Shown: one piece after another, positions 8,733 to 18,949 of the stretch
Numbering within the stretch: position 1 is the first letter of the stretch
Layout of the letters: each line of letters begins with the position of its first letter
Notes under the pieces: model-generated
Told to the model about the DNA's origin: nothing
What the model saw: the letters and a program-made list of their open reading frames with translations, nothing else
Database searches by the model: none
Made by a program: the position numbers and the translations under genes
Source: Candidatus Eiseniibacteriota bacterium
Lineage (GTDB): Bacteria > Eisenbacteria > RBG-16-71-46
Assembly (NCBI GenBank): GCA_963717505.1
Contig: OY970342.1
Coordinates: forward strand, 1,440,001 to 1,504,000
DNA: 64,000 nucleotides
Direction of reading: 5' to 3'

Positions 8733-11131
8733 ACTCGCGCCGCTTCCTGCACCGGCGCGGAGACTGGGGAGCCCTGCTCCCGGCCGCACTGGCCGTCGCT
8801 CTACTGACCCTTCCGCGGACGGTGGCAGCCTTCTGCTGGGGTCCCACCGTGATGAATCCGGACATCCCGACGTTTCCCGTGATTCCGGACCGTGGTTACT
8901 ACTTCGATCAGCAAACATCCTTCTGGTCCGTTTTCGCGGCGATGCCGTTCGAAGAGACCGACGACGGTGACATCGAACTCTACTCGTACCAGGACTTGTC
9001 CGGGACCCAGCCCTATTGCCTCAACGGCTACATTACGAATTCTCAGAATGGAGCGGGCCGCACGGACTTCATCATCGGCGACTTCAACTTCAACAGCCTC
9101 GGGGGTTACTACCCTCGCGTCTTCTGCTACAGCGGGGCGTGCAACGACAATGTGGACCAGTGGAATGGGACCGTGTGGCGCCCCGGCGAGTTCATGTTCG
9201 TCGACTTTCCGCCCACCACCGTTTCATTTGGCGGAGGCAATCCCGTTCCCGGCGACCGGATCATCAAGGTGTGGGACGTATTCCTGAGCGTCGGCACCAC
9301 GTACAACTTCCGTTTCACGAGCACCATGGGCACCGACGCCAAGATGCTGCTGTTCCGGAACACGGTCGCCGGAACCTACTTTGCGGGCCGAAACTCGGCC
9401 GAGTTCGAGGTGACCGGCTGCACCAACTACACCGCGCTCTCGACCGGATACTACGGGCTGGTCGTGGTGCTCGATCGCTGGACTACCGGCAGCTACACGG
9501 TCGGCGTCACCACGCTGCCGTCGTGCGCGTGCGCTGACTCGCTCGCCCCGGACACCCCGGTCACCGCGGTGCCGAGCTTCGGTGAGGAGCGGCGTCACAT
9601 CACGCCGCGCTTCTACTACTGGAACGTGGTCGGGATTCGCGCACCGGTCGGGCACGATTGGGATCTCGAGATCGGCGACGGCAACGCAGGTGGCGACGGG
9701 CCGGGCTGCCAGGCCAACGTGCTCGCCAGCTCGACCTCCGGGTTCGGCGCCGACATCGTGGTCGCCGACTTCAATCACGTCGCGCCGGGCGACCTCGCGG
9801 TGCGCGCCTACCGCTACAGCGGCTACTGGGGCCCCTCGATCGAGTGGGATACCGGATCGGCCGCCTACGATCAGACCCTGTTTGCGAACGGCCCGCAGGT
9901 CGCCGAGGCGTGGAGCGCGAACGACGTGGTCAAGATCTGGGACGTGGGAATGACATCGGCGCAGACGTACACCTTCCAGTTCTACAACCCGGGTGGCAAC
10001 TTCCGCGTGCTTCTGTTCCGCAATCCGTCGAATGGCGCTTACTACGCGGGCGGCACCCAGGCGGTCGTCAACACCACTGGGGACTTCAGCTACACGGCGC
10101 CGACAACCGGATACTACGGAGTCGTCGTGCTCAAGAACGACGACAACCCCGGGACGTTCGCGCTCAGGGTCGGGACGTGCGCGACGCCGGCGACGTTCAC
10201 CGCCATGACCCCGCAAGTTGCGGGCAACGTAATCAACTACGCCCAAATCGCGCCGACCACAGGGTCGTGGACCGTGGCGGGCATACGTTGCGTCAGCGCC
10301 GACTGGGACATCTTCCAGTACGGCAACGCTCCGGGTTCGTGGCCCGACTGCTTCTCGCCGATGGGAGCCGCATCGGAGGCGTCGTCGGGAGTGGACTTCG
10401 TGGTCGGAGACTTCCATTACAACTCTCCCGGTACCTACAACCTGCGCCTGAAACAGTTCAGCGGCGGCTTCCCCGAGTTCGCGCTCGCGATGTGGACCGG
10501 AGAGGCGATGAAGCTGGGAGTGAATCAGCCGGCGGCGGAGGACACCATGCCCTGGACCCACCCGCTGCACGCGTGGGAGGCGTACCTGGTCGACGGCGCC
10601 CCCTACGAGCTGCGGCTCACGCAGCCGGCCGGCGGCGCGCTCAAGGCCTTCGTGTTCCAGAACCCGACTTCGGGCCCGTACTGGGCGCCGAGGAGCGCGC
10701 GCATGATCGAGACATCGACCACCGGCTCGTTCGTCGCTCCAAACCGGGGCTGGTACGGGATCGTGGTCACCAACGAAATGGAGCTGGACACGCCCTACAC
10801 GTTGCAACTCGTCACCGTGCCGACCGCCGTGGACGAGACGAAGCCGCACTACGAGACGGCCCTGGCCGGGTCGTTCCCGAACCCGGCGCGTTCCGATTTC
10901 TCCTTGCACTACACGCTGGCACAGTCTGCCCACGTCGCGATCGAGATCCTGGATCTCGCCGGCCGGCGCGTGGCCGACATCGACGAGGGCGAGCGTGGCG
11001 CCGGGGAGTGGAGCGTTTCAGTGCGCCGCCGGCGTGACGACGGAACGCGGCTGCCTGCCGGGGTCTACTTCGCCCGCCTACAAGTGGACGGCAAAATCGC
11101 GGCAATGCGCAAAGTCAGCCTGGTGGACTAG
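8729..11131 (+). CDS. Large secreted protein with three ~220-aa internal repeats and FlgD-Ig C-terminal domain
   Basis: Signal peptide; repeated DF(I/V)(I/V)(G/A)DF, WDV, L(L/F)FRN and GYYG(L/V)VV motifs; C-terminal SFPNP...DLAGRRVA...GVYFARL. Confidence 0.8.
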   Translation: MNSRRFLHRRGDWGALLPAALAVALLTLPRTVAAFCWGPTVMNPDIPTFPVIPDRGYYFDQQTSFWSVFAAMPFEETDDGDIELYSYQDLSGTQPYCLNGYITNSQNGAGRTDFIIGDFNFNSLGGYYPRVFCYSGACNDNVDQWNGTVWRPGEFMFVDFPPTTVSFGGGNPVPGDRIIKVWDVFLSVGTTYNFRFTSTMGTDAKMLLFRNTVAGTYFAGRNSAEFEVTGCTNYTALSTGYYGLVVVLDRWTTGSYTVGVTTLPSCACADSLAPDTPVTAVPSFGEERRHITPRFYYWNVVGIRAPVGHDWDLEIGDGNAGGDGPGCQANVLASSTSGFGADIVVADFNHVAPGDLAVRAYRYSGYWGPSIEWDTGSAAYDQTLFANGPQVAEAWSANDVVKIWDVGMTSAQTYTFQFYNPGGNFRVLLFRNPSNGAYYAGGTQAVVNTTGDFSYTAPTTGYYGVVVLKNDDNPGTFALRVGTCATPATFTAMTPQVAGNVINYAQIAPTTGSWTVAGIRCVSADWDIFQYGNAPGSWPDCFSPMGAASEASSGVDFVVGDFHYNSPGTYNLRLKQFSGGFPEFALAMWTGEAMKLGVNQPAAEDTMPWTHPLHAWEAYLVDGAPYELRLTQPAGGALKAFVFQNPTSGPYWAPRSARMIETSTTGSFVAPNRGWYGIVVTNEMELDTPYTLQLVTVPTAVDETKPHYETALAGSFPNPARSDFSLHYTLAQSAHVAIEILDLAGRRVADIDEGERGAGEWSVSVRRRRDDGTRLPAGVYFARLQVDGKIAAMRKVSLVD

Positions 11132-11222
11132 CCGCTCCGGCCGCTGCTTCCTGCTTGGCTGCCTCCCAGCAAAGTGTAAAGATGGCCCGGATCCTTACCG
11201 CCTTGGACGGATGGAGACGGGC

Positions 11223-11648
<426 letters not shown>

Positions 11649-11659
11649 GAGGAGGCAAC

Positions 11660-12061
11660 ATGGCACACCAGCACACCCCCGGATTCCTGGCGATTGTTGC
11701 CGACGCGAAGAGGCGCATTCGCGAGTTCTCGATCGACGAGTATCGCGCCCGCGTCGCGCAGGGCGAGAAGTTCGTGCTGGTCGACGTGCGCGAGGATCAC
11801 GAATGGGAGGACGGCCACCTGCCGGGCGCGACCCACCTGAGCAAGGGCGTGATCGAGCGGGACGTCGAGAAGACCATCCCTGACAAAGAAACGCCGATCG
11901 TGTGCTACTGCGGCGGTGGATTTCGCTCGGCCCTCGCCTGCGACAACCTTCAGAAAATGGGCTACAAGAATGTGACTTCGCTCGACGGCGGCTTCCGCGG
12001 CTGGTCGGGCAAGGGCCTGCCGGTGGTCGACGAGGCCGGCGAGAAAACTCCGCGCGGGTGA
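11660..12061 (+). CDS. Rhodanese-like sulfurtransferase
   Basis: LVDVRE..EW..GHLPGA, active-site YCGGGFRS, SLDGG..GW; strong GGAGGAGG RBS. Confidence 0.92.
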   Translation: MAHQHTPGFLAIVADAKRRIREFSIDEYRARVAQGEKFVLVDVREDHEWEDGHLPGATHLSKGVIERDVEKTIPDKETPIVCYCGGGFRSALACDNLQKMGYKNVTSLDGGFRGWSGKGLPVVDEAGEKTPRG

Positions 12062-13285
12062 CCGCCGGCTTCGATCTCGCTCCCGGTTTTCGCGCGGCCG
12101 CAACCGCATGTGGGCTCAAGCCCAGCGGCCGGCCCGATCTCGCGCTGATCGTCGCCGATGGGCCGTGCTCCGCCGCCGGCGTGTTCACCACCAACCGCGT
12201 GAAGGCTGCCCCGGTGCTCTACGACCAGCGCGTGCTCGCGCGTGGTGCCAGCGACATTCGCGCGCTGATCGCCAACGCCGGGTGCGCGAACGCGTGCACG
12301 GGTGCAGACGGTGCCAACGACGCGGCGGCGATGGCGGGACTCGCAGCGCAGGCGATGGGCTGCATGCCGGAACAGGTGCTCGTGCTTTCGACCGGCGTGA
12401 TCGGCGTGCGACTCGATCTCGAAAAGGTCGAACTCGGAGTCGCAACGCTGGCGGCGAGCCTCGGCGCACCGGATGCGGAGGGTGCTGCCGCTCCACAGCG
12501 CCGAGGCGGTATCACGCGCGATCCTCACCACCGACACGCGGCCCAAGGTCGCGACCGCCCAGTTCAGTGCGGGCGGCCGGAACGTGACCGTCAGCGGCTT
12601 CGCCAAAGGCGCTGGCATGATCCATCCGAACATGGCGACCATGCTCGCGGTGATCACCACCGACGCACGTATCGCCGCCGACCTGCTGGGCGGAGCACTG
12701 GCGTCCGCGGTCCGCCACAGTTTCAACCGGATCAGCGTCGACGGCGACATGAGCACCAACGACACGGTACTGGTGCTGGCGTCGGGCGTTTCGGGCATCA
12801 CCGTCGAGGCCGCGCAGCTCGCGAAGTTCACGACCGCGCTCACCGAAGTCTGCGCGTCACTGGCCCGCCAGATCGCGCGCGACGGCGAGGGAGCGACCCG
12901 ACTGGTCGAGATCCGGGTCACCGGCTCGCCCGACGAGGATCACGCGCATGCCGTGGGCAATCGCATCGCCTGCTCGCCGTTGGTCAAGTCGGCGATTCAC
13001 GGTGGCGACCCCAATTGGGGACGGATTCTGGCGGCCGCGGGCTCGGCCGGCGTCGAGATCGATCCCGACCGGATTTCGCTGTGGGTCGGGGCCGGCGATG
13101 GCGCGGTGCGGCTCGCCGAGCGCGGTATGCGCTCCAACTACGAAGAGCGATTGGCCGCGGAACGTTTGCGCGAGGACCCCGTCCGTCTGAAGCTCGATCT
13201 TGGGCTCGGCACGTCCGAGGCGACGGTATGGACCTGCGACCTGAGCGAGGAGTACGTGGCGATCAACGCCGAGTACACGACATGA
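12058..13285 (+). CDS. argJ: Bifunctional ornithine acetyltransferase/N-acetylglutamate synthase (frameshifted as sequenced near 12480)
   Basis: GVFTTNRVKAAPV, NAGCANACTG, STGVIG in one frame; ILTTDT, KGAGMIHPNMATML, DGEGATR, DPNWGRI, NAEYTT in the +1 frame. Confidence 0.9.
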
Positions 13286-15135
13286 GTAATCTTCTTTCTC
13301 CGCGCTCATTGTTGCACCGGCGCTCATCCCTGCTCTTGGTCTGCGTCTTGTCATTCGCTTGCCAGCCCTCAGGGACTCGGACGGACTCGAACACCCCACA
13401 TCAGCCCAGCGGACGGGAGCCTGGCGTCTGGGGGCTCGCGGAGTCGCAGCCGATCATCGACAAGACTCAGCCGTTACGCCTCGACCCCGATCTCTCGCCG
13501 TTGTCCGAGGCCGAATCCTCGGCGGTCGCCCAACTGCTCGCCGCGGGTCGGATCATGGAGAACATCTACCAAGACGAGCGGCACCATCAGGCGGTGCGAG
13601 CTCGTCGCCACCTTGCGCAACTGGCACGACGCCAGCCCTCGGACAGCTCCGCGCGCAATCTGGTCGAGCTCTACGAAGTGTCGAGTGGTCCGATCGCGAC
13701 CACGCTCGACAACCAGCGACTGCCGTTCTTGGCGGTCGATTCGCTCGTCCCCGGAAAGAACTTCTATCCGTGGGGCGTCAGCAAAGCCGAGATCGACAGC
13801 TTCCTCGCCCGCCATCCGGATCGCCGCGAGACTCTGCTCGATCCGCGCACCGTCGTGCGCCGGGCCGACGCCGCCACGGTACGCGCGGACTTGGCCGCGC
13901 TGTCGAGACACCCTGCGCTCGCGACGCTTCACCTGAGCCTCGCGGGCGAGCTACGAGCACTCGAGCGCTCACCGAACCCGCAGGGTTTCTACGCGGTGCC
14001 CTACGCGGTGGCCCACGCGGACTCCCTGATGCGTGTCTACGAGCTGCTGAATGGGGCCGCGGCGGCAGTTGAAGCGTCCGATCGGCCCTTCGCGCGTTAC
14101 CTGCGCCTTCGCGCTCGCGATCTGCTGGCCAACGACTACGAATCGGGCGACGCCGCATGGGTCACCAGTCGCTTCGGCAGGCTCAATGCGCAAATCGGCG
14201 CCTACGAAACGTATGACGACGAGTTGTACGGCGTGAAAGCCGGACACTCTCTGAGCCTCTTGCTGACAGATTCTCTTCGCACAGCTCAAGTGCGCAGCGC
14301 CATTCAGGGGCTTCAGAGTCTCGAGAACTCGTTACCGTATTCGCCACACAAGAAGGTCATTGAAGACATCCCGATCGGCGTCTACGACGTGATCGCCGAC
14401 TTCGGCCAGGCGCGCGGCACCAACACGGCGAGCATCCTGCCCAACGATGCCGATCTCGCGCGGCGCTACGGCCGCATCATCCTCATGCGCCGGAACATCC
14501 TCACGCATCCGGACCAAGTGGCGGCGGCACGTACGTCGTTCCAGGCCACGGTTCAGCCCGCCCACCACGGCGACCTCGACGCGGAAGGCAGTTTCCAGCG
14601 CGTTCTGTGGCACGAGATCGGCCATTACCTGGGCCCCGACCAGACCCGCGAGGGCCGCACGCTCGACCTGGCGCTCGAAGAAGAGGCGAGCACATTCGAA
14701 GAGATGAAGGCCGACCTGGTGTCCTTGTTCGTCGCGAAAGAGCTGTGGCAACGTGGCTACTACGACGATTCAGGTCTGCGCAGCGTCTATGCCAGCGGCG
14801 TGCTAAGGATGTTACAGAAGAACCGACCGCGTCCCGACCAGAGCTATGGGGTCATGCAGCTCATGCAGCTCAATTGGTTCCTGGAGCGGGGAGTGCTGGC
14901 GTACGACCCGGTCTCGGAAACCCTCTCGATTCACTACGACCGCTATCACGACACGGTCGCTTCGTTGATCGAGCAAGTGTTGGGCCTTCAGTACGCGGGC
15001 GACCTGAACGCCGCGCGTCAGTTCATCGCCCGCTGGACGGCGTGGGACAAGCGTCACGAGTCGCTGGCCGAGGCGATGCGGGCGGCCGAGACCAGCCGGT
15101 TCCGGCGCATGCAGTACGCCGCACTCGGCGAGTAG
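13282..15135 (+). CDS. Peptidase M49-like (dipeptidyl-peptidase III family) Zn hydrolase, probable lipoprotein
   Basis: IGAYETYDDELYG.K, LPND, WHEIGH (HExxH), FEEMKAD; lipobox-like VLSFAC. Confidence 0.8.
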   Translation: MSNLLSPRSLLHRRSSLLLVCVLSFACQPSGTRTDSNTPHQPSGREPGVWGLAESQPIIDKTQPLRLDPDLSPLSEAESSAVAQLLAAGRIMENIYQDERHHQAVRARRHLAQLARRQPSDSSARNLVELYEVSSGPIATTLDNQRLPFLAVDSLVPGKNFYPWGVSKAEIDSFLARHPDRRETLLDPRTVVRRADAATVRADLAALSRHPALATLHLSLAGELRALERSPNPQGFYAVPYAVAHADSLMRVYELLNGAAAAVEASDRPFARYLRLRARDLLANDYESGDAAWVTSRFGRLNAQIGAYETYDDELYGVKAGHSLSLLLTDSLRTAQVRSAIQGLQSLENSLPYSPHKKVIEDIPIGVYDVIADFGQARGTNTASILPNDADLARRYGRIILMRRNILTHPDQVAAARTSFQATVQPAHHGDLDAEGSFQRVLWHEIGHYLGPDQTREGRTLDLALEEEASTFEEMKADLVSLFVAKELWQRGYYDDSGLRSVYASGVLRMLQKNRPRPDQSYGVMQLMQLNWFLERGVLAYDPVSETLSIHYDRYHDTVASLIEQVLGLQYAGDLNAARQFIARWTAWDKRHESLAEAMRAAETSRFRRMQYAALGE

Positions 15136-15217
15136 ATCCCAGTGTACGGAGGCGAAGAACAGCCGATACCAGAATCGGCCACCGACATCCGCCTGAGCTT
15201 GATTCAAGGAGCTTTGC

Positions 15218-15862
15218 TTGCGACCAGATTGGCGAGCGCTTCGCAGGCCCATGGGTGTGCTCGTCGCCGGCCTGCTCGTCCTGACGAGCATCGCCCGGGC
15301 GACGCCGGAAGCCGCAACGTGGCGGCGCCAAACGCTCGTGGGCCAGAACCCTGAATACTTCTTTCGCTACGTAGCGGAGAGCGTCCACCCGGGGTCCTAC
15401 TACACCTATTCGCGGACTCTTAGGCTGGAGAAGGTCCAGAAATCGGACCTCAAGATCGTCGAGAGCTTCGTGCTCAGGGACGTCACCTACTCGCAGGACT
15501 TTGACACGAATCTCTGGTCGGAAGCTTCCGGCCCGGTTGATTCCCTCGATTTGCCGAGGTACTTGACCGTCAACCAAGTGGCCCTCGCCTTCGCTGAAGA
15601 CCTCTTTCGGGTCAGGTCCTTTGCAATCGACTCTGCCGGGGTTTGGGAGGTATTTGAGGACGGCCGAATCCAGTTGGCTACTCGGCGCGAACTCGATCGC
15701 CAGATCCCCATGCTTGATGAGGACCCACGAGTGGCGGGAATCGAGATGACGGGGGGCATCCTGAGCGAGAATTTCTACCTTCGCATCGAATCCGGATCCA
15801 CCGCGTGGGACATGAATTGGGCGGAGGACCTGCTGCTGGTCCAAGGCGTGCAGCTGCGCTAG
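15218..15862 (+). CDS. Hypothetical exported protein
   Basis: 214-aa ORF with signal-peptide-like MGVLVAGLLVLTSIARA (alternative start 15251); no recognisable motif. Confidence 0.6.
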   Translation: MRPDWRALRRPMGVLVAGLLVLTSIARATPEAATWRRQTLVGQNPEYFFRYVAESVHPGSYYTYSRTLRLEKVQKSDLKIVESFVLRDVTYSQDFDTNLWSEASGPVDSLDLPRYLTVNQVALAFAEDLFRVRSFAIDSAGVWEVFEDGRIQLATRRELDRQIPMLDEDPRVAGIEMTGGILSENFYLRIESGSTAWDMNWAEDLLLVQGVQLR

Positions 15863-16588
15863 TCAGTTCAGCATGTACTCCACAGTGCTGACCACGCGCA
15901 GCGTCTTCTCGATCTGATTCTGCTCGGAGATCCCCGGGGCGCGGTCGCGCGCCAGGATTTCGAATATCCCCTGAGACGCGCGCCGGATCCCGCCAACCTT
16001 GGCTTTCGACTCGCGAGCGAACTGCTCGGCGGCGACCCGCGCATTGACGTTGGCCTCGGTCAACATCTCGGGCTTGAGATCGTTGAGACGCGTGAACAAG
16101 TACGTGGGCCCCGAAGCGCCATACTCCTGGCCTGCCGACAACACGACACCGCGCCGCACCAGCTCGTCGATACTCTGACCTGCCTGGCGCAAGGCATCGA
16201 CGTCGTTGGTGCGCACGATCAGGCCCATCTTCACGACATATCGGTTGGGTGGCGTGGGACCGCCATAGGGATTCGCCCGGGTATCGGTCACGTTCAAAGA
16301 GTTCAGCGAGATCGCGGTCGAGTCGATTCCAAAGCGAGCCAGGAACCGAGTCGTCGCCCGACGATCCGACTCGACCTTGGTCTGGGCGAGGCTCAGATCG
16401 TTATCGGCGGCAGTGAAGCTGATCGGCCACAGACCGACGTCGGCTTTGACCTCGCGCTCGGCGACGCCCTTGACCGTCACGACTCGGTCGGCGAGGCGAA
16501 AGCGAATGAGGCCGCCGCCGACGGAAATGCCGGCGAACACGATGGCCAGCGACAAGACGAGCGTGCGTCCCATGGTGAATCCGTTCAT
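15863..16588 (-). CDS. SIMPL (DUF541) domain protein
   Basis: DRVVTVKGVAEREVKAD..LWP, YLFT.LNDLKPEM, GGIRRASQG.F.I, K.LRVVSTVEY. Confidence 0.9.
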   Translation of the reverse strand: MNGFTMGRTLVLSLAIVFAGISVGGGLIRFRLADRVVTVKGVAEREVKADVGLWPISFTAADNDLSLAQTKVESDRRATTRFLARFGIDSTAISLNSLNVTDTRANPYGGPTPPNRYVVKMGLIVRTNDVDALRQAGQSIDELVRRGVVLSAGQEYGASGPTYLFTRLNDLKPEMLTEANVNARVAAEQFARESKAKVGGIRRASQGIFEILARDRAPGISEQNQIEKTLRVVSTVEYMLN

Positions 16589-16723
16589 GCTCAAGCCCTC
16601 CCTCACGAGCGCAGTCTAGAACCCGCCGTGGAACCTCGCCAGCGTCGCGCTGACTCCTGCTCAGAGTGATCGCGGGACCCCCGATCGCGCCGAAACTCCG
16701 CGCAGCGGCCAACGATCGGTCTC

Positions 16724-16752
16724 TTGGGGCCACCGCTCACTCGGTGTAGATT
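16724..16752 (+). promoter_or_regulatory. Putative sigma70-type promoter for mqnA (near-leaderless)
   Basis: TTGGGG-17 bp-TAGATT, 9 nt upstream of ATG 16762. Confidence 0.35.
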
Positions 16753-16761
16753 CCCTGCCCC

Positions 16762-17568
16762 ATGAATCCTTTGACTCCCATGAACGCCACGCGTCTCACC
16801 AGCACTTTGGTCGCCGCGCGCATTCCATACGCCAACGCCGCCCCGTTTTACACGCTGTGGGGCGAGGCGCCGTTCGCCGTGCGCAATCTGGTGCCGCGCG
16901 AGCTGGGTCGTGAAGCCGAGGCGGGAGCCGTGGACCTCGGGCTCATGGCGACCGGCGACTATCTGCGCCTGCGCGATCGCTTCGAGCTGGTTGGTCCGCT
17001 CGGCGTGGCCACGCGCGGTGCGGTTCAGTCGGTGCTCCTGTTCTCGCGCCGCCCGGCGAATGCGCTCGCCAACGCGATGGTCTCGGTCACGCCCGAGACT
17101 TCGACCTCAGTCCGTCTGCTCAAGCTCCTGCTTGGCACGCGTCGCGGCCTCGAGAACGTGCGCTACGTGCGCGGGCTCGAGCCGACGCAGGCCGACGCGC
17201 TGCTGATGATCGGCGACCAGGCGATGCGCATGCGCCAGCAGCGACCGGAGGGTTTCACACACACGCTCGACCTGGGCGCTGACTGGCTCGAGTGGACCGG
17301 CTTGCCGTTCGTCTACGCCGTGTGGGCGGTGCGCACCGAGTTGGACGAGGCGGTGCGCGCGGACCTGACGCGCTTCCTCGAGGCCTCGCTCGCCGCCGGG
17401 CTCGCCGACCTGCCGTCGCTGGCGCGCCAGCTCACCGAGCCGGGTTGGAGCGCGGCTGAGATGGAAGCCTATCTCCGCAGATTCCATTACCGATTGGGCC
17501 CCGAGGACTTGGAGGGGCTCGAGCGCTTCGCGACCCTGGTTCGCGAGCACAACCTACTCGAGGACTGA
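16762..17568 (+). CDS. mqnA: Chorismate dehydratase
   Basis: IPYANAAPF, G.VQSVLLFS, TSTSVRLL, LMIGDQA, DLG..W..WTGLPFVYAVW. Confidence 0.88.
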   Translation: MNPLTPMNATRLTSTLVAARIPYANAAPFYTLWGEAPFAVRNLVPRELGREAEAGAVDLGLMATGDYLRLRDRFELVGPLGVATRGAVQSVLLFSRRPANALANAMVSVTPETSTSVRLLKLLLGTRRGLENVRYVRGLEPTQADALLMIGDQAMRMRQQRPEGFTHTLDLGADWLEWTGLPFVYAVWAVRTELDEAVRADLTRFLEASLAAGLADLPSLARQLTEPGWSAAEMEAYLRRFHYRLGPEDLEGLERFATLVREHNLLED

Positions 17569-17650
17569 CGCAACTCGCGCCCGCGCTGGGCGTATTCGAG
17601 TCGCCCACGCCCGCCCTCTCGGCGGCGCCGGACACGAAGGAGAAAGCCAG

Positions 17651-18451
17651 ATGCCCACCATGCACGAGATCGAATACCAGATCCTTGGCGACGACATGCA
17701 GTTCGTGAAGGTCGAGCTGGACCCTGGCGAGGCCGCAATCGCCGAGGCCGGAATGATGATGTACCTGGAAGACGGCATTCAGATGGACACCGTCTTCGGC
17801 GACGGCTCGACGCAGAACAAAGGGTTCATGGGCGCGTTGATGGGCGCCGGCAAGCGGTTGCTGACCGGTGAGTCCTTGTTCATCACGGTGTTTCACAACG
17901 AATCGACTGCAAAGAAGAAGGTCGCGTTCGCTGCACCCTATCCCGGCAAGATTCAACCGGTGCACCTGGCCGAGATGGGCGGCGAGCTGATCTGTCAGAA
18001 GGATTCGTTCCTGTGCGCCGCCAAGGGCGTGAGCCTGGGCATCGCCTTCAACCGTCGCTTCGGCGCCGGTCTGTTCGGCGGGGAAGGCTTCATCATGCAG
18101 CGCCTGCAGGGCGACGGTTGGGTGTTCATGCACGCCGGCGGCACGCTCGAGGAGAAAGTGCTCGCGCCGGGAGAGATGCTGCGCGTCGATACCGGCTGCC
18201 TGGTGGCGCTCCAGCCGTCGGTGGAGTACGACATCCAGTTGGTCGGCGGAATCAAGACCGCGTTGTTCGGCGGTGAAGGACTATTCTTCGCGACCTTGAA
18301 GGGTCCCGGGAAGATCTGGCTCCAGTCGTTGCCATTCAGCCGCCTCGCCAGTCGCATCTACGCGGCGGCGCCGCAGACCGGTGGCCGGCGGGTGGGTGAG
18401 GGGTCGATCCTCGGTGGCCTCGGCAACCTGCTCGACGGGGACGGTCAGTAG
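17651..18451 (+). CDS. TIGR00266 / AIM24 family protein
   Basis: GDDMQFV.VELDPGE..IAEAG.MMY, FAAPYPGKI, GLFGGEGFIMQRL.GDG, GPGKIWLQSLPFSRLA. Confidence 0.92.
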   Translation: MPTMHEIEYQILGDDMQFVKVELDPGEAAIAEAGMMMYLEDGIQMDTVFGDGSTQNKGFMGALMGAGKRLLTGESLFITVFHNESTAKKKVAFAAPYPGKIQPVHLAEMGGELICQKDSFLCAAKGVSLGIAFNRRFGAGLFGGEGFIMQRLQGDGWVFMHAGGTLEEKVLAPGEMLRVDTGCLVALQPSVEYDIQLVGGIKTALFGGEGLFFATLKGPGKIWLQSLPFSRLASRIYAAAPQTGGRRVGEGSILGGLGNLLDGDGQ

Positions 18452-18534
18452 CGCTTGCCGAAGATCGTTCTCGACGCAGCGCACGCCGGCGTGCAGCTCG
18501 CCGACATGGAGTCGGCGGCCGCGGCTTTCGTGGC

Positions 18535-18900
18535 GTGGCTCCGGTGCCGGGCCGCGGTCTGCTCCAGAAGCTCGGCGTTCATCTGCTGACCCAGAGCGCC
18601 AAGTTTCCGCGCGGCGGCAAGACCATCGCGCCCGCCGAGCCCGGTGCCCAGCTCGACCCGACGACCACGATCGCGCGACTACGGGGGGAGGTCGCCCGTT
18701 ACCGTCCGCTGGTCGTGCGCCTCGGCCGAGACGGACTCGAACGCGTGTGGATTCGGAATCCGTTCATCAAGCTCAAGTGGCACTACCGGCTGCCCGAGAT
18801 GATGCGCGTCCATGCGCAGCACACGTGGCATCACGCGATGCTGGCGCGCGAGGGTGTGGGCCAGAGCGGCCGTTCCGCGGCAGCCATACCGAGAGCCTAG
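18535..18900 (+). CDS. Hypothetical protein, possibly truncated DinB-like fragment
   Basis: C-terminal NPF...HAQHTWHH resembles the His-containing end of DinB-fold proteins; N-terminal half and good start missing. Confidence 0.35.
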   Translation: MAPVPGRGLLQKLGVHLLTQSAKFPRGGKTIAPAEPGAQLDPTTTIARLRGEVARYRPLVVRLGRDGLERVWIRNPFIKLKWHYRLPEMMRVHAQHTWHHAMLAREGVGQSGRSAAAIPRA

Positions 18901-18949
18901 CGCGACGCGCGCCCTTGTCGCAGCAGCCGCTCCCGGGTGAGACTGGCGC

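Noticed and set aside
11902-15135. 1077-aa ORF suggesting an ArgJ-peptidase fusion
   Set aside because: Artefact of the argJ frameshift: the middle is off-frame sequence, and the peptidase has its own ATG (13282) and lipoprotein signal.
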